Assembly: GCA_002256535.1 (NCBI GenBank) | Contig: NMUJ01000007.1 | Coordinates: 3,648 to 67,647 of the forward strand | Source: a candidate division WOR-3 bacterium 4484_18 | Lineage (GTDB): Bacteria > Hydrothermota > UBA3073 > NMUJ01 | DNA length: 64,000 nt | Direction: 5' to 3' | Part shown: positions 51,083 to 61,350 of the stretch, piece by piece | How the letters are laid out: every line of letters begins with the position of its first letter | Position numbering within the stretch: position 1 is the first letter of the stretch | Translations under genes and position numbers: made by a program | The notes under the pieces: model-generated | Seen by the model: the letters and a program-made list of their open reading frames with translations, nothing else | What the model was told of the DNA's origin: nothing | Database searches by the model: none

Positions 51083-53033
51083 GCCAAAACCCGAAGACCT
51101 CGAACGTGCATATGGTGTGCCATTTGTTGAGTTAAGTAAATTCTCGCTCAACCCCACATTGATAAAGATGTTTGACGAACATACATTACGTAAGCTTAAA
51201 TTCATACCATTATTCAAATCTGGTAACACACTCGCCGTTGCTATGGTGAACCCTTCTGATGTTAAGACGATCGACGAAATAGCACGTATGACTAATATGG
51301 AGATAGAACCCATGGTATGTGATGAACGTGAACTACACAATGTACTGAATAGCATATTCATAGATTCACAACCAGCAACCCCACCTACAGTTAAGCCATC
51401 GATGGGGTCGGATCATTTCACTGTGGTTGACACCAAAGGTAAGACCACAGATGATGTGGACAAACTAATAGCTGACGAACTCGAATCCAAATACGGTGTA
51501 CCATTTGTTAGGTTGTCCGACTTTATGATAGAACCATCACTTGTGAAGATGTTTGGTGAAGATACCTTACGGCGGTTGAAATTCATCCCGCTTTTTAAGT
51601 CAGATAATGTATTGACAATAGCGATGGTAAACCCCTCAGACGTAAAAGCTATAGATGAGATACGACGGTTGGCCAATATGGATATCGAAACAATGGTATG
51701 TGAGGAAGATGACCTCGAACAAACATTAAATACTATCTTTTCACCTATAAAAAGTGAATCACGCTGGCGCTACATATCAGCTGATGAATTAAAGAAGCAA
51801 GTAGAGGAGGAGCCCACAATCTCCGAGAAGATAGAAGTAAAACCTGAACCCCTACCCCAGGAGGTGTTACCAGAAGTAATCGCCGAAGATGCTGAAGTCA
51901 TCCGGTATCTTAACGAGCTACTCACACGTGCCGTACGTGAACGTGCAAGTGACTTACACATCGAACACACTCAAGACGGTATCGCAATAAGGATACGTGT
52001 AGATGGTATACTGCACTTGATGCGACAACCACCATCACATATCCATAACGCCATTATACCGCGTATAAAGGTGATGAGCAATCTCAACATTGCTGAACAT
52101 AGGATACCACAAGATGGTAGGTGTAGCTTTGTTGTCGATGGTAAAGAAGTTGACCTACGTATATCTACATTACCTACGATATATGGTGAAAGTGCCGTCA
52201 TACGTATACTGGATAAATCTACCGGCTTGTTATCAGTAGAGGAGCTTGGCTTATCATCCAATGAATTGGAACTGTTCGAAAAGCTGCTCAGCATCCCATA
52301 CGGGATGATACTTGTTACGGGGCCAACAGGTTCAGGTAAGACAACCACCTTATATGCGATGTTGAGACGCTTGATATCCACAGAGAAGAACATTGTAACA
52401 ATTGAAGATCCTGTCGAGTACCGCATACCGGGTATCCGACAGACACAAGTTAACATAAGAGCTGGCTACACATTTGCTAACGGGTTACGTGCAATATTGC
52501 GACAGGATCCTGACATCGTTATGGTGGGTGAGATACGTGATAAGGAAACCGCCAACATAGCTGTACATGCAGCACTTACAGGGCATCTGGTGTTGAGTAC
52601 ACTTCACACAAACGATGCACCTGGTGCATTGCCCAGGTTGATCGATATGGGTGTGGAGCCATTCCTCGTAGCGTCATCTGTTGTAGGTGTAATCGCACAA
52701 CGTCTGATACGTAAGATATGTCCACGTTGCCGTGAACCATTTACACCGTCGCCTGAGCTCATAGAAGCTGAAAATCTACCCCCAAACGTGACACTACATC
52801 GTGGAAAGGGTTGCAACTACTGTCGTCGTACAGGTTATCGTGGTAGAACAGGTGTCTTTCAGATCATGCTCGTGGATGATAAAATACGTAATCTGGTGGT
52901 ATCCAAAGCACCTGCAAGCGAGATCGCTCAATCTGCAACTGCCAACGGTATGCTGTCATTACGCGAATCCGGTATGCAGAAAGTATTTGACGGTATCACA
53001 ACACTTGAAGAAGTTTTAAGGGTAACACAATGA
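51072..53033 (+). CDS. pilB: Type IV pilus assembly ATPase PilB (GspE family) with two tandem N-terminal T2SSE_N domains
   Basis: Start taken at ATG 51072 ([21 protein letters not shown]). Two ~85-aa T2SSE_N-like domains, then Walker A LVTGPTGSGKTTT, Asp box, Walker B, His box and the tetracysteine CPRC...CNYC. Confidence 0.85.
   Translation: MKDKPKPEDLERAYGVPFVELSKFSLNPTLIKMFDEHTLRKLKFIPLFKSGNTLAVAMVNPSDVKTIDEIARMTNMEIEPMVCDERELHNVLNSIFIDSQPATPPTVKPSMGSDHFTVVDTKGKTTDDVDKLIADELESKYGVPFVRLSDFMIEPSLVKMFGEDTLRRLKFIPLFKSDNVLTIAMVNPSDVKAIDEIRRLANMDIETMVCEEDDLEQTLNTIFSPIKSESRWRYISADELKKQVEEEPTISEKIEVKPEPLPQEVLPEVIAEDAEVIRYLNELLTRAVRERASDLHIEHTQDGIAIRIRVDGILHLMRQPPSHIHNAIIPRIKVMSNLNIAEHRIPQDGRCSFVVDGKEVDLRISTLPTIYGESAVIRILDKSTGLLSVEELGLSSNELELFEKLLSIPYGMILVTGPTGSGKTTTLYAMLRRLISTEKNIVTIEDPVEYRIPGIRQTQVNIRAGYTFANGLRAILRQDPDIVMVGEIRDKETANIAVHAALTGHLVLSTLHTNDAPGALPRLIDMGVEPFLVASSVVGVIAQRLIRKICPRCREPFTPSPELIEAENLPPNVTLHRGKGCNYCRRTGYRGRTGVFQIMLVDDKIRNLVVSKAPASEIAQSATANGMLSLRESGMQKVFDGITTLEEVLRVTQ
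51109..51360 (+). repeat. Intragenic tandem duplication, copy 1 (pilB N-terminal domain)
   Basis: Encodes YGVPFVELSKFSLNPTLIKMFDEHTLRKLKFIPLFKSGNTLAVAMVNPSDVKTIDEIARMTNMEIEPMVCDERELHNVLNSIF. It is ~65% identical to the copy 2 product, and DNA similarity is visible (aaattcataccattattcaaatc vs aaattcatcccgctttttaagtc). Confidence 0.6.
51490..51740 (+). repeat. Intragenic tandem duplication, copy 2 (pilB N-terminal domain)
   Basis: Encodes YGVPFVRLSDFMIEPSLVKMFGEDTLRRLKFIPLFKSDNVLTIAMVNPSDVKAIDEIRRLANMDIETMVCEEDDLEQTLNTIF. Confidence 0.6.
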
Positions 53034-54244
53034 CCTACAGATATGTAGCCAAGAGCTTTTCTGGTCGTGTTATAACCGGTACAATTGAAGCGAATGATAT
53101 TACCACAGTACGTGAAAATCTCAACAAACTCGGCTTCATACCCATACAGATAAAGGAAGTACCAGTTCGCAAGGAGAGCAAATTTTCGTTTACAAGTAGG
53201 GTGAAAGATGTTGAACTCATCAACCTAACACGTCAGTTCGCAACCCTACATCGTGCGGGGCTGCCGATGTTAACAATCATACGTACGCTGGCCGAACAGG
53301 CTACTAACAGGTACTTAAAATCTGTACTCGAATCCATAGCAAAGGATATCAACGAGGGGGTATCACTCTCAGACGCTATGGCAAAACATCCACAAGTATT
53401 CTCTAACTATTACGTAAGCTGCATAAAGGCTGGCGAAAAGGGAGGTGTACTCGATCAGGTGTTCGACCAGCTACTTGTGTTACTCGACAGGCAACGCCAA
53501 ACCCGTAGCGAGATAAAAGCAGCCACCCGCTACCCCATGATGGTCATTTTCGGTATAATAATTGCATTTGTGGTGCTTGTTGGCTTCGTATTACCAAGGT
53601 TTACACAGATGTTTACTGCACTTGGGGTAGAGTTACCCTTACCTGCACGTATACTCGTGGGTATCAACTACATGTTTCAACATTACTGGTTTGTGATACT
53701 TGGTACAATCGCCGGGCTTGCACTCATATGGTGGCTATGGATAAACTCACCACCGGGTCGCATGTGGTGGGATAGGATAAAGTTAAGGTTACCACTGGTT
53801 GGACGTATCATATATTACGATCTTATGACGAGATTCAGCCGCATGTTCGCTACACTTGACGCAAGTGGTTTACCCATACTTGAGACACTAAACACTGTTG
53901 CTACAACCGCTAATAACAAGCACTTTGAGCAACACATCCAATCGATAAGAAAATCCGTGTACGATGGTACACCTTTGGCTGAAGCCATGCGTGGTAGTAG
54001 GTTGTTTCCACCACTTGTGATCGAAATGATACATGCAGGTGAGGAGTCTGGTTCGCTCGACGATATGCTGAATAAGGTTGGCGACCATTACGAACGTGAG
54101 CTTACATATTCACTAAAGGGGCTTACAGGTATTATTGAGCCAATCCTCACAGTTATACTTGGTGGTGTGATCGTCTTCTTCTTTCTTGCAGTATTTCTAC
54201 CATACCTCAACTTGCTACAGGGTATCTCCGCTGGTGCATATTGA
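53030..54244 (+). CDS. pilC: Type IV pilus inner-membrane platform protein PilC (GspF family)
   Basis: 404 aa with two GspF repeats and 3 TM segments. ATGA overlap with pilB. Confidence 0.85.
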   Translation: MTYRYVAKSFSGRVITGTIEANDITTVRENLNKLGFIPIQIKEVPVRKESKFSFTSRVKDVELINLTRQFATLHRAGLPMLTIIRTLAEQATNRYLKSVLESIAKDINEGVSLSDAMAKHPQVFSNYYVSCIKAGEKGGVLDQVFDQLLVLLDRQRQTRSEIKAATRYPMMVIFGIIIAFVVLVGFVLPRFTQMFTALGVELPLPARILVGINYMFQHYWFVILGTIAGLALIWWLWINSPPGRMWWDRIKLRLPLVGRIIYYDLMTRFSRMFATLDASGLPILETLNTVATTANNKHFEQHIQSIRKSVYDGTPLAEAMRGSRLFPPLVIEMIHAGEESGSLDDMLNKVGDHYERELTYSLKGLTGIIEPILTVILGGVIVFFFLAVFLPYLNLLQGISAGAY

Positions 54245-54269
54245 CATACAACAAAGTTAGTTATATTAA
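54241..54269 (+). promoter_or_regulatory. Putative sigma70-type promoter upstream of the major pilin gene (TTGACA - 17 nt - TATTAA)
   Basis: TTGACA at 54241-54246 overlaps the pilC stop, and TATTAA sits at 54264-54269. A strong RBS AAGGAGG lies 7 nt before the pilin ATG. No obvious sigma54 GG-N10-GC element. Confidence 0.3.
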
Positions 54270-54323
54270 GCTATGCATGTACAGAAAACAAGCAATACCA
54301 ATAAGCTATAAAAAGGAGGTAGC

Positions 54324-54782
54324 ATGAAGCTACTAAAACGTAATGAGGGGTTTACCCTCATTGAGCTTATCATGGTGATAGTGATCATCGGTATCCTCGC
54401 AGCGGTGGTGATACCGAGATATTTCGGGTTACAGACACGAGCACGTAGGGCAGCATTCGAAGGCACTGTAGGAGCACTACGTAGCGGTATACAGGCATTC
54501 CACTACAATGCGCTGATACACGAAGAGACAGGTGACACTGTATTCGGTACCGGTGCAGCCGCTGGTTCCACGTACATTTTCTCGGCAAATGTATTATGGC
54601 CAGAAAGGCTCGACGGTGCACCAGATAATGCTACAGCCAGCGACAGCGTTCCATTCTTCTGGATAGTGCTTGACCCACCCATCACGAAGGATTGGACGAA
54701 AGTGAACGATACCACGTACATAGGGCCAGGTAGTATTGATACATTTTACTATCATCCCAACGACGGTACAATAACCTATTAA
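54324..54782 (+). CDS. pilA: Type IV pilin (prepilin-type N-terminal cleavage/methylation domain), probable major pilin
   Basis: 152 aa. MKLLKRNEGFTLIELIMVIVIIGILAAVVIP is a class III signal with the G/F cleavage site and Glu+5. It is the first gene after the intergenic promoter/RBS. Confidence 0.7.
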   Translation: MKLLKRNEGFTLIELIMVIVIIGILAAVVIPRYFGLQTRARRAAFEGTVGALRSGIQAFHYNALIHEETGDTVFGTGAAAGSTYIFSANVLWPERLDGAPDNATASDSVPFFWIVLDPPITKDWTKVNDTTYIGPGSIDTFYYHPNDGTITY

Positions 54783-54783
54783 T

Positions 54784-55239
54784 ATGTATGATCGTGTTGG
54801 GTTTACGCTGACTGAGCTACTGATGGTGATCGTATTACTCGGTATACTTGCGGCATTTGTTGCCCCACGCATGTTTAGGCTACACGAGGCAGCTCGTATC
54901 AATACCACTAAAGAAGAGCTACTACAGCTACGACGTGCAATAGTTGGCAATCCCGACGCCATAAGCGGGGGGCAATACACCGATGTAGGTTATCTCGGTG
55001 ATGTAGGTAGCCCCCCGCCTAACCTTGAAGCACTCGCCCGTAAGCCTGACAACGTACCTGAATGGAACCCCTACACACGTATCGGCTGGCATGGCCCCTA
55101 TATTGATACACTTGCAGGCGACTACCTGCACGATGCGTGGGGTAACGAATACATCTACGACCCCGATCGTCGCATAATAAGAAGTAAAGGTCCTGATGGT
55201 ATAAACGATACCGACGACGATATAATTGTTGGGTTTTAA
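54784..55239 (+). CDS. Prepilin-type protein (minor pilin)
   Basis: 151 aa. VGFTLTELLMVIVLLGILAAFVAP prepilin N-terminus with Glu+5. Confidence 0.6.
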   Translation: MYDRVGFTLTELLMVIVLLGILAAFVAPRMFRLHEAARINTTKEELLQLRRAIVGNPDAISGGQYTDVGYLGDVGSPPPNLEALARKPDNVPEWNPYTRIGWHGPYIDTLAGDYLHDAWGNEYIYDPDRRIIRSKGPDGINDTDDDIIVGF

Positions 55240-56374
55240 GATGCTTAGGAAAATTAAAAATAGTGAAGGGTTTACACTTGCTGAACTACTCGTAGTTATT
55301 GTAATACTGGGCATCATAGCTGCAGTAGCTACACGTTCGGTTATAGGTGCCTTACAACAGGGTCGTACACAGGCGACCATGAAAGAGATGGAATCCATAG
55401 CACATGCTATAGTGGGTAACCCCGACCTTATCGCAAACGGTGAACGTATCGACTTTGGCTTCGTTGGCGATGTTGGTAGGTTACCGAATTCACTTAATGA
55501 GCTTGTCCAAGATCCAGGTGACCCCAACTGGCATGGCCCATACTTAGATGTACCGTTTGCAGGTGATACCCATGGCTACAGGTACGATGCGTGGGGAGAG
55601 GAATATAGCTATGATAATAATAACCTTACACTCACAAGTGTAGGTGGCCCCGACACCATAGTATACAGAATAGCATCCAGCCATTCAGATATACTCAATA
55701 ACCACATACTTGTAACAGTTGTCGATCGTGCTGATAACCCACCCGGTGCAGCACATGATTCGATAACCATCTCACTGTATCGTGCACCTGATGGAATTTT
55801 TGAGAATTCCCTACAACCCACCCCCCACGGTATAGCAGATTTTGACTCAGTAACCATCGGTAGATACTATCTACGTGCTATGTATGGCAGTGATACAGTA
55901 GTAAAGGTCGTAACCGTACCACCACGTGCTATGGTTGATGTCACTGTGAGGTTCGTCAATGCATCCTGGGTATCTACAGCGGGTGCTGGTAACCTCGTCT
56001 ACGTTGATGGTACAGCTCGAGCATTTCCAGTGTTGGGACGTGATAATGTCAGATTTGAAATACGTAACGTATCATCTGATACCATATATTACACCTCCAT
56101 GTGTTGCACATACGATGAGACCGCATGGTACGAACGTGTAAGGATTGACGGCTTCACAGTATGGAATTATGGTGGCGGTTCACGTGCAGCCAGTGGCCAA
56201 ACCATATCACTTACAGGTAACCGCTACATACCACCCAGTGCTGTAGATACAATACAAATACGCAATTTCCGCGATAACATACTTGGGTTCGCATTTCCAG
56301 TTGATATGCGTGGTGCAAACTTTACGGTCCAATTTAACGATGGTTCAATAGTTAGGTTCACGGTACCATTCTAA
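55226..56374 (+). CDS. Large prepilin-type protein (minor pilin / possible tip adhesin)
   Basis: 382 aa. N-terminal EGFTLAELLVVIVILGIIAAVA prepilin motif followed by a ~340-aa beta-rich domain. Confidence 0.55.
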   Translation: MLGFKMLRKIKNSEGFTLAELLVVIVILGIIAAVATRSVIGALQQGRTQATMKEMESIAHAIVGNPDLIANGERIDFGFVGDVGRLPNSLNELVQDPGDPNWHGPYLDVPFAGDTHGYRYDAWGEEYSYDNNNLTLTSVGGPDTIVYRIASSHSDILNNHILVTVVDRADNPPGAAHDSITISLYRAPDGIFENSLQPTPHGIADFDSVTIGRYYLRAMYGSDTVVKVVTVPPRAMVDVTVRFVNASWVSTAGAGNLVYVDGTARAFPVLGRDNVRFEIRNVSSDTIYYTSMCCTYDETAWYERVRIDGFTVWNYGGGSRAASGQTISLTGNRYIPPSAVDTIQIRNFRDNILGFAFPVDMRGANFTVQFNDGSIVRFTVPF

Positions 56375-57942
56375 TGCCAGTATATCGTCGTAAATCAGGT
56401 TTACAAGTAACACCAACCATAGTAAAGTATGTAGTGGTGCGGCCACATCGTCATACCTATCGTGTATTACATACCACAAAACTGGCAATAAAAACAGATG
56501 CTGACAAATCACGTGCATTTGAGATCATCCGCCGCGGTAATTTTGTTCCATCCGATAAACTCGTGGTCTCCTATCCAACCGACATACATCATGTGGAGGC
56601 AATCTTCCCCAAGCTATCCGATAGGGAATTACTCCATGCAATAGAATTAAATGCTGAGAAATACCTTACAGATAGACCAGAATCTGTTGCTTATGACTTT
56701 AAAGTTACACACAAATTCATAGAGGATCATACCCTAAAACAGCGTGTGTTCATTTTCTCACTACCAAAGGATAAACTCGAATCCGAACTCTCATTACTTC
56801 ATACAGCTCACATATTCCCGTATAGGTTAAGCGATGCATCATTTGCACTTTGGAACCTCGCTTCATGTACACCTGAGCTACCACCAAACACCTTACTCGT
56901 AAACATAGATACAGACTATACGATTATGGTTTACATCCGTGAAGGTAGGTTATGGTTCAGCCGCACCATACCGCTTGGTGTATCAAGCTTATTAAAAGAC
57001 CTTCAATTAACGATAAGCTTACCCGAAGGCCGTGTAGTGGTAATTGACGCCGATCGTGCCAGTGAGTTACTTGAGAAATATGGTATACCGGAGCCATCAG
57101 ATGAGACCACTGAGGAAGGTATACCATTCTCGATGTTCAGAACATTTCATCGTCCATTTATTGAGAAAATATCTATTGAGCTAAACCGTACCCTTAACTA
57201 CATATCGTCAACTTTCAATCGCAACATAGATGCTATTTTCATAACCGGTGATGGTGCCAGCGTCAAAAACCTTGTTCAATCCATATCAGAGGAGTTCACC
57301 ATCCCTTGCAATGAGTACAACATCGACCGCATATTTCCAGCAGAATCGAAGTCTACTTTACATGAATTCGCTATACCACTTGGATTCGCAATAGATGTTA
57401 ATAATGTTAACCTATTACCTCGTGCACTCGAATACGAATGGCATGCTATCCTGTATCGACGTTATGTTAAACTACTTGCAGTGCTATCAATACCTGTACT
57501 AATATCAGTATATGGGTTGTTATACCTTCAAGAGTCTATACTCAAGGAACGTATGACTTCACTTTCGATCCAGTATAATAATGCCAAAATTACAGCAAAT
57601 GAATTCATCTCACTCGTAGAGAGGCGTGACAATCTACGTAAACACTTACAATCATTACCAGATGTACCACGTACCCCTCCATATGTTGGGATATTGAAAC
57701 TTCTATCTAACATTACACCTCCTAATTTGCAGTTGACAAAGCTGGAATTATCCGATCATCACGTCTTAATCTCAGGTATGGTGGTAGGTACCGATGTGGG
57801 GTTGGAATTACAGCTATCACAATTTTTGCTCAACCTTAATCAATCCCCCTACCTCTCAGCGATCACACTACTGAATAAATCACACACCTCCATTGATAGA
57901 ATTCCTTGCCTGATATTCGACATAGAGTGTGAGATAAAATGA
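56374..57942 (+). CDS. pilM: PilM-PilN fusion protein (actin-like ATPase-fold PilM N-terminal part; TM helix plus PilN-like C-terminal part)
   Basis: 522 aa. Residues ~1-350 are PilM-like (IDTDYTIMVYIREGRLWFSRTIPLG, IFITGDGASVKNLVQSISEEF). A TM helix LLAVLSIPVLISVYGLLYL and a ~150-aa periplasmic domain, as in PilN, follow. Confidence 0.65.
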   Translation: MPVYRRKSGLQVTPTIVKYVVVRPHRHTYRVLHTTKLAIKTDADKSRAFEIIRRGNFVPSDKLVVSYPTDIHHVEAIFPKLSDRELLHAIELNAEKYLTDRPESVAYDFKVTHKFIEDHTLKQRVFIFSLPKDKLESELSLLHTAHIFPYRLSDASFALWNLASCTPELPPNTLLVNIDTDYTIMVYIREGRLWFSRTIPLGVSSLLKDLQLTISLPEGRVVVIDADRASELLEKYGIPEPSDETTEEGIPFSMFRTFHRPFIEKISIELNRTLNYISSTFNRNIDAIFITGDGASVKNLVQSISEEFTIPCNEYNIDRIFPAESKSTLHEFAIPLGFAIDVNNVNLLPRALEYEWHAILYRRYVKLLAVLSIPVLISVYGLLYLQESILKERMTSLSIQYNNAKITANEFISLVERRDNLRKHLQSLPDVPRTPPYVGILKLLSNITPPNLQLTKLELSDHHVLISGMVVGTDVGLELQLSQFLLNLNQSPYLSAITLLNKSHTSIDRIPCLIFDIECEIK

Positions 57943-58478
57943 AAGCATACGAACGTCGTACCACTATCGTACTAATTTTGCTAATAGTAGTGATAATAGG
58001 TGGCGCATTTTACTTTTTCCTTATACCTAAAATGCGTTCGATCAACACCTTACAGGCTAAAGTGACCACACTTTCGAGAAGACTTTCCGAAGTACGTCAC
58101 TATCGTGATGAACTTAACCCACTCCGTGACGAAGTTAACCGCTTATCTGCACAACTTACACTTACCGAATCGCGTTTCATAACGGGCGAACAGGTGCTTA
58201 CAGTTATCAATGAGATCGCCGATTCGGCCAGATCCTACCACTTACGATTAGTAAATATAGAGCCACCCGATATCAACCTAATCAGTGATGGTAGAAGCGG
58301 CAGCCTACCTGTACATTTTAGGTTATATGGGCGCTTTATACAAATAGGTAAGTTTATCGAACAGCTTGAAAATCTCCAATACGCTATCACTATAAGGGAG
58401 ATTAAGATATCGTCATCACCTGACCTCTATCCACAGGTATTGGCAGAAATAACTTTTGACTTATATAAATTAAGATGA
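57939..58478 (+). CDS. pilO: Type IV pilus assembly protein PilO
   Basis: 179 aa: N-terminal TM helix, coiled coil and a C-terminal ferredoxin-like domain. Position after pilMN. Confidence 0.65.
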   Translation: MKAYERRTTIVLILLIVVIIGGAFYFFLIPKMRSINTLQAKVTTLSRRLSEVRHYRDELNPLRDEVNRLSAQLTLTESRFITGEQVLTVINEIADSARSYHLRLVNIEPPDINLISDGRSGSLPVHFRLYGRFIQIGKFIEQLENLQYAITIREIKISSSPDLYPQVLAEITFDLYKLR

Positions 58479-58888
58479 CACGTAAATTGTTACTTATAGT
58501 GCTGCTGGGTGCGTTAGGTTATGCGGTATATGTGTGGTTTATGAAACCACCATCCAGCAGAAAATTAGCCTTTAAACCCACTCCGAAAAAGCCTCCAACA
58601 GAGCTAAAACTTCATGAGGAGCCAACTCCATCCGTTAAATACGTTGAATATAGTTGGGACGAAGATCCATTTGCAAAGTTATCAACGGTTTCACCTACAT
58701 TATCTCAAGGGGCACAATTACAACTACGTGGCATACTCTGGGATAATAAAGGAGGTCTTGCCATGATAAACGATAATTTAGTAAAAGTAGGTGACACCAT
58801 CGGTGGTTGGCATGTGATACGTATCACCCCTTCATACGTGATCCTCAAACAGGGTGAAATGGAGATAAAACTAACTCCTACAGAATGA
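58475..58888 (+). CDS. pilP: Type IV pilus assembly lipoprotein PilP-like
   Basis: 137 aa with a signal/TM, a Pro-rich linker and a C-terminal beta domain (LRGILWDNKGGLAMINDNLVKVGDTIGGWHVIRI) resembling PilP. Confidence 0.55.
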   Translation: MTRKLLLIVLLGALGYAVYVWFMKPPSSRKLAFKPTPKKPPTELKLHEEPTPSVKYVEYSWDEDPFAKLSTVSPTLSQGAQLQLRGILWDNKGGLAMINDNLVKVGDTIGGWHVIRITPSYVILKQGEMEIKLTPTE

Positions 58889-60221
58889 TGATCACTTATT
58901 TGATCGCATTTCTTTTAATTCCATCCATGGCAACGGGGGTAACTTTAACTTCTGTCGATACTGATAAGATAAAGGATGTAACCTTAGTTACCATCTACGG
59001 TGACGATACCCTCAGGATGGACATTGGCTACCCAACTATCAAGCCAAACGTCACCCGTATCGTGATGGATGTCACAAACATACAGGGTTACAGTGTGTTA
59101 GAACGCGATACGTCTATAACTGTAGGGATTGTCCCACTTCATGTCGAAAAACTATACCCTAAGGAAATTGCTAAACTACGTAAAGCGCCACTCATCACAC
59201 TTGACTTAACGAATGCCGATATCCGCAATGTGCTCAAAATGTTGGCTGATAGATACAACTTGAACATAGTAATAAGTGAAGCTGTAACTGGATTCATAAC
59301 CGTACATCTGAAGAAAGTTACCCCTTTGGAAGCATTTCAATCCATCCTTCAGGCAGCAGGTTGCACATTTGTGGAATCCGAAGGCATACTTATTGTCAAA
59401 CCACTTGCTGAGACACAAACTATTGAGATGGATACTCGCATATTTAAGCTCGAACATCTTGATGCTACTGATGCGAAGGAAAGTATTAAAAACCTCTTAT
59501 CCCTGTATTGAAAGAAATGGATAAACCCTTACCTCAGGTTAGTATCGAAGCGAGGTTCATCGAAACACGGCTCACCAAAGACGAAGCTATGGGGATCGAC
59601 TGGTCTATGCGGTTACGTATGGCAGGCGTAACTACACCGTTACCATTTATACCAGCCATGCACTGGGAAGAAATGACGATTGCTACATTGTCACCAGCTG
59701 AACTCACTGCGCTGCTCGAAATACTCCAACGTGAAGGTAGATCGCGCTTGCTATCCAACCCACATGTGGCAACCCTTGAGAACCAACCTGCTGTGATAAC
59801 GGTTGGTACAACTGTACCAATACGTCAGGTGATGATAGAACCCGCAACTGGTAGGGAGATAGTAACCTACGTTGAACGTTATATTCCCATATCATTAAAA
59901 GTCACCCCACGTATCAGCGAAGATAAATATATTACCATGACGATAACGCCATCTGTTGAGGAGATCGTCGAATGGCGTGGCCCACCTGGTGAGGAGCGCC
60001 CTGTTACCTCCAAACGTGAAGCTACCACCCAGATAACCGTTAGAGATGGTGAAACCATAACGATTGGTGGGTTGATAAAAGAAGATCGCATAAGGACAAC
60101 TGGCAAAATACCGATATTAGGTGATATACCCATACTCAGTCGTCTATTCCGTTACGATAAAATAGAAAGAAAGCGTTCTGAGTTACTTATATTGATCACA
60201 CCACATATACTGTCACGATAA
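58885..60221 (+). pseudogene. pilQ: Type IV pilus secretin PilQ, split by a ~35-codon deletion plus frameshift at ~59490-59511
   Basis: ORF 58885..59511 has a signal peptide, an AMIN-like region, N0 (ITLDLTNADIRNVLKMLADRYNLNIVI) and the start of N1 (IFKLEHLDATDAKESIKNLLS). ORF 59508..60221 has the secretin domain (LPQVSIEARFIE...GKIPILGDIPILSRLF). The second frame has a stop at 59487-59489, so the missing N1-to-secretin linker cannot be encoded. Confidence 0.65.
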
Positions 60222-61291
60222 TGGAGAAGACTCCATCGCTCTCACAATTATTGCAACTTGCTGTTAAACATGAAGCTTCAGACCTACATTTGAGTGTAGG
60301 TTATCCACCTATACTTAGGGTTAATGGTGTGCTCACCACACTTCCATTACCACCATATACAAATGATAGGTTAGAAAATGAGCTGCTATCGCTTTTGGAT
60401 ACACATCAACGGCAACGGCTGCAAGTTGATAAAAATATAGATTTTGCATTCTCTACACCTGATGCACGCTTCCGGGTGAATATATTCTATCAACTTGCAG
60501 GCATAGCAGCCGCTGTTAGAGTGTTATCCACCCGTATTCGCACATTGGAGGATTTACCTGCACCACCAGCTTTAGCCGATCTCGTAAGGAAAAAGCAGGG
60601 CCTTATATTAGTGACCGGGCCAACGGGTTGCGGTAAGTCCACTACACTTGCAGCAATGATCGATCGCATCGATTCCGAGCGTCATGCACATATAATAACG
60701 ATTGAGGATCCAATCGAATACATATTCGAAGGCAGGAACTGCCTCATAAATCAACGTGAAATAGGTAGACATGCGAAATCGTTCGCCGAAGCATTACGTA
60801 GTGCATTACGTGAAGATCCCGATGTTATACTTGTGGGTGAGATGCGTGACCTTGAAACGATATCACTTGCATTAACTGCTGCTGAAACAGGTCATCTTGT
60901 GTTATCAACTTTACACACAAATAATGTTGCTGAAACTGTTGATAGGGTGATAAATGTATTTCCGGGTGAGCAACAGAATTTCATTCGCCACATATTTGCC
61001 AACGTCATACAGGGTATAATTTCACAGAGCCTCGTCTCTAAGCGTGACGGTACACGTAGGATTGCTGTGATGGAGGTGCTAATTGCCACACCCGCAATCA
61101 GGAACCTCATCCGTGAGAACAAATCACACCAGATACTCTCCGTTGTACAGATGAGCACACAAGAGAAGATGCAAACCTTTGATCAGGCGTTGATCAGTCT
61201 CTACAATGAAGGGCTCATCTCGTACGATACTGTTATCTCATTTGCACGTGACCCAGCATTTGTAGAAAGTTCGGTTAAGATGTCTAAATAA
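60221..61291 (+). CDS. pilT: Twitching-motility ATPase PilT
   Basis: 356 aa with Walker A GPTGCGKSTT, Asp box, Walker B VILVGEMRD and the His box. PilT-specific length, lacking the N-terminal extension and Zn site of PilB. Confidence 0.85.
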   Translation: MEKTPSLSQLLQLAVKHEASDLHLSVGYPPILRVNGVLTTLPLPPYTNDRLENELLSLLDTHQRQRLQVDKNIDFAFSTPDARFRVNIFYQLAGIAAAVRVLSTRIRTLEDLPAPPALADLVRKKQGLILVTGPTGCGKSTTLAAMIDRIDSERHAHIITIEDPIEYIFEGRNCLINQREIGRHAKSFAEALRSALREDPDVILVGEMRDLETISLALTAAETGHLVLSTLHTNNVAETVDRVINVFPGEQQNFIRHIFANVIQGIISQSLVSKRDGTRRIAVMEVLIATPAIRNLIRENKSHQILSVVQMSTQEKMQTFDQALISLYNEGLISYDTVISFARDPAFVESSVKMSK

Positions 61292-61350
61292 CCGCACCAC
61301 ACACGACTTAAGCTTGACTTGATAAAAAATCAACTTATAATTATTTCGAT

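Noticed and set aside
54385-54980. Minus-strand ORFs across the pilin genes
   Set aside because: They are antisense to the pilin genes with the class III signal peptides.
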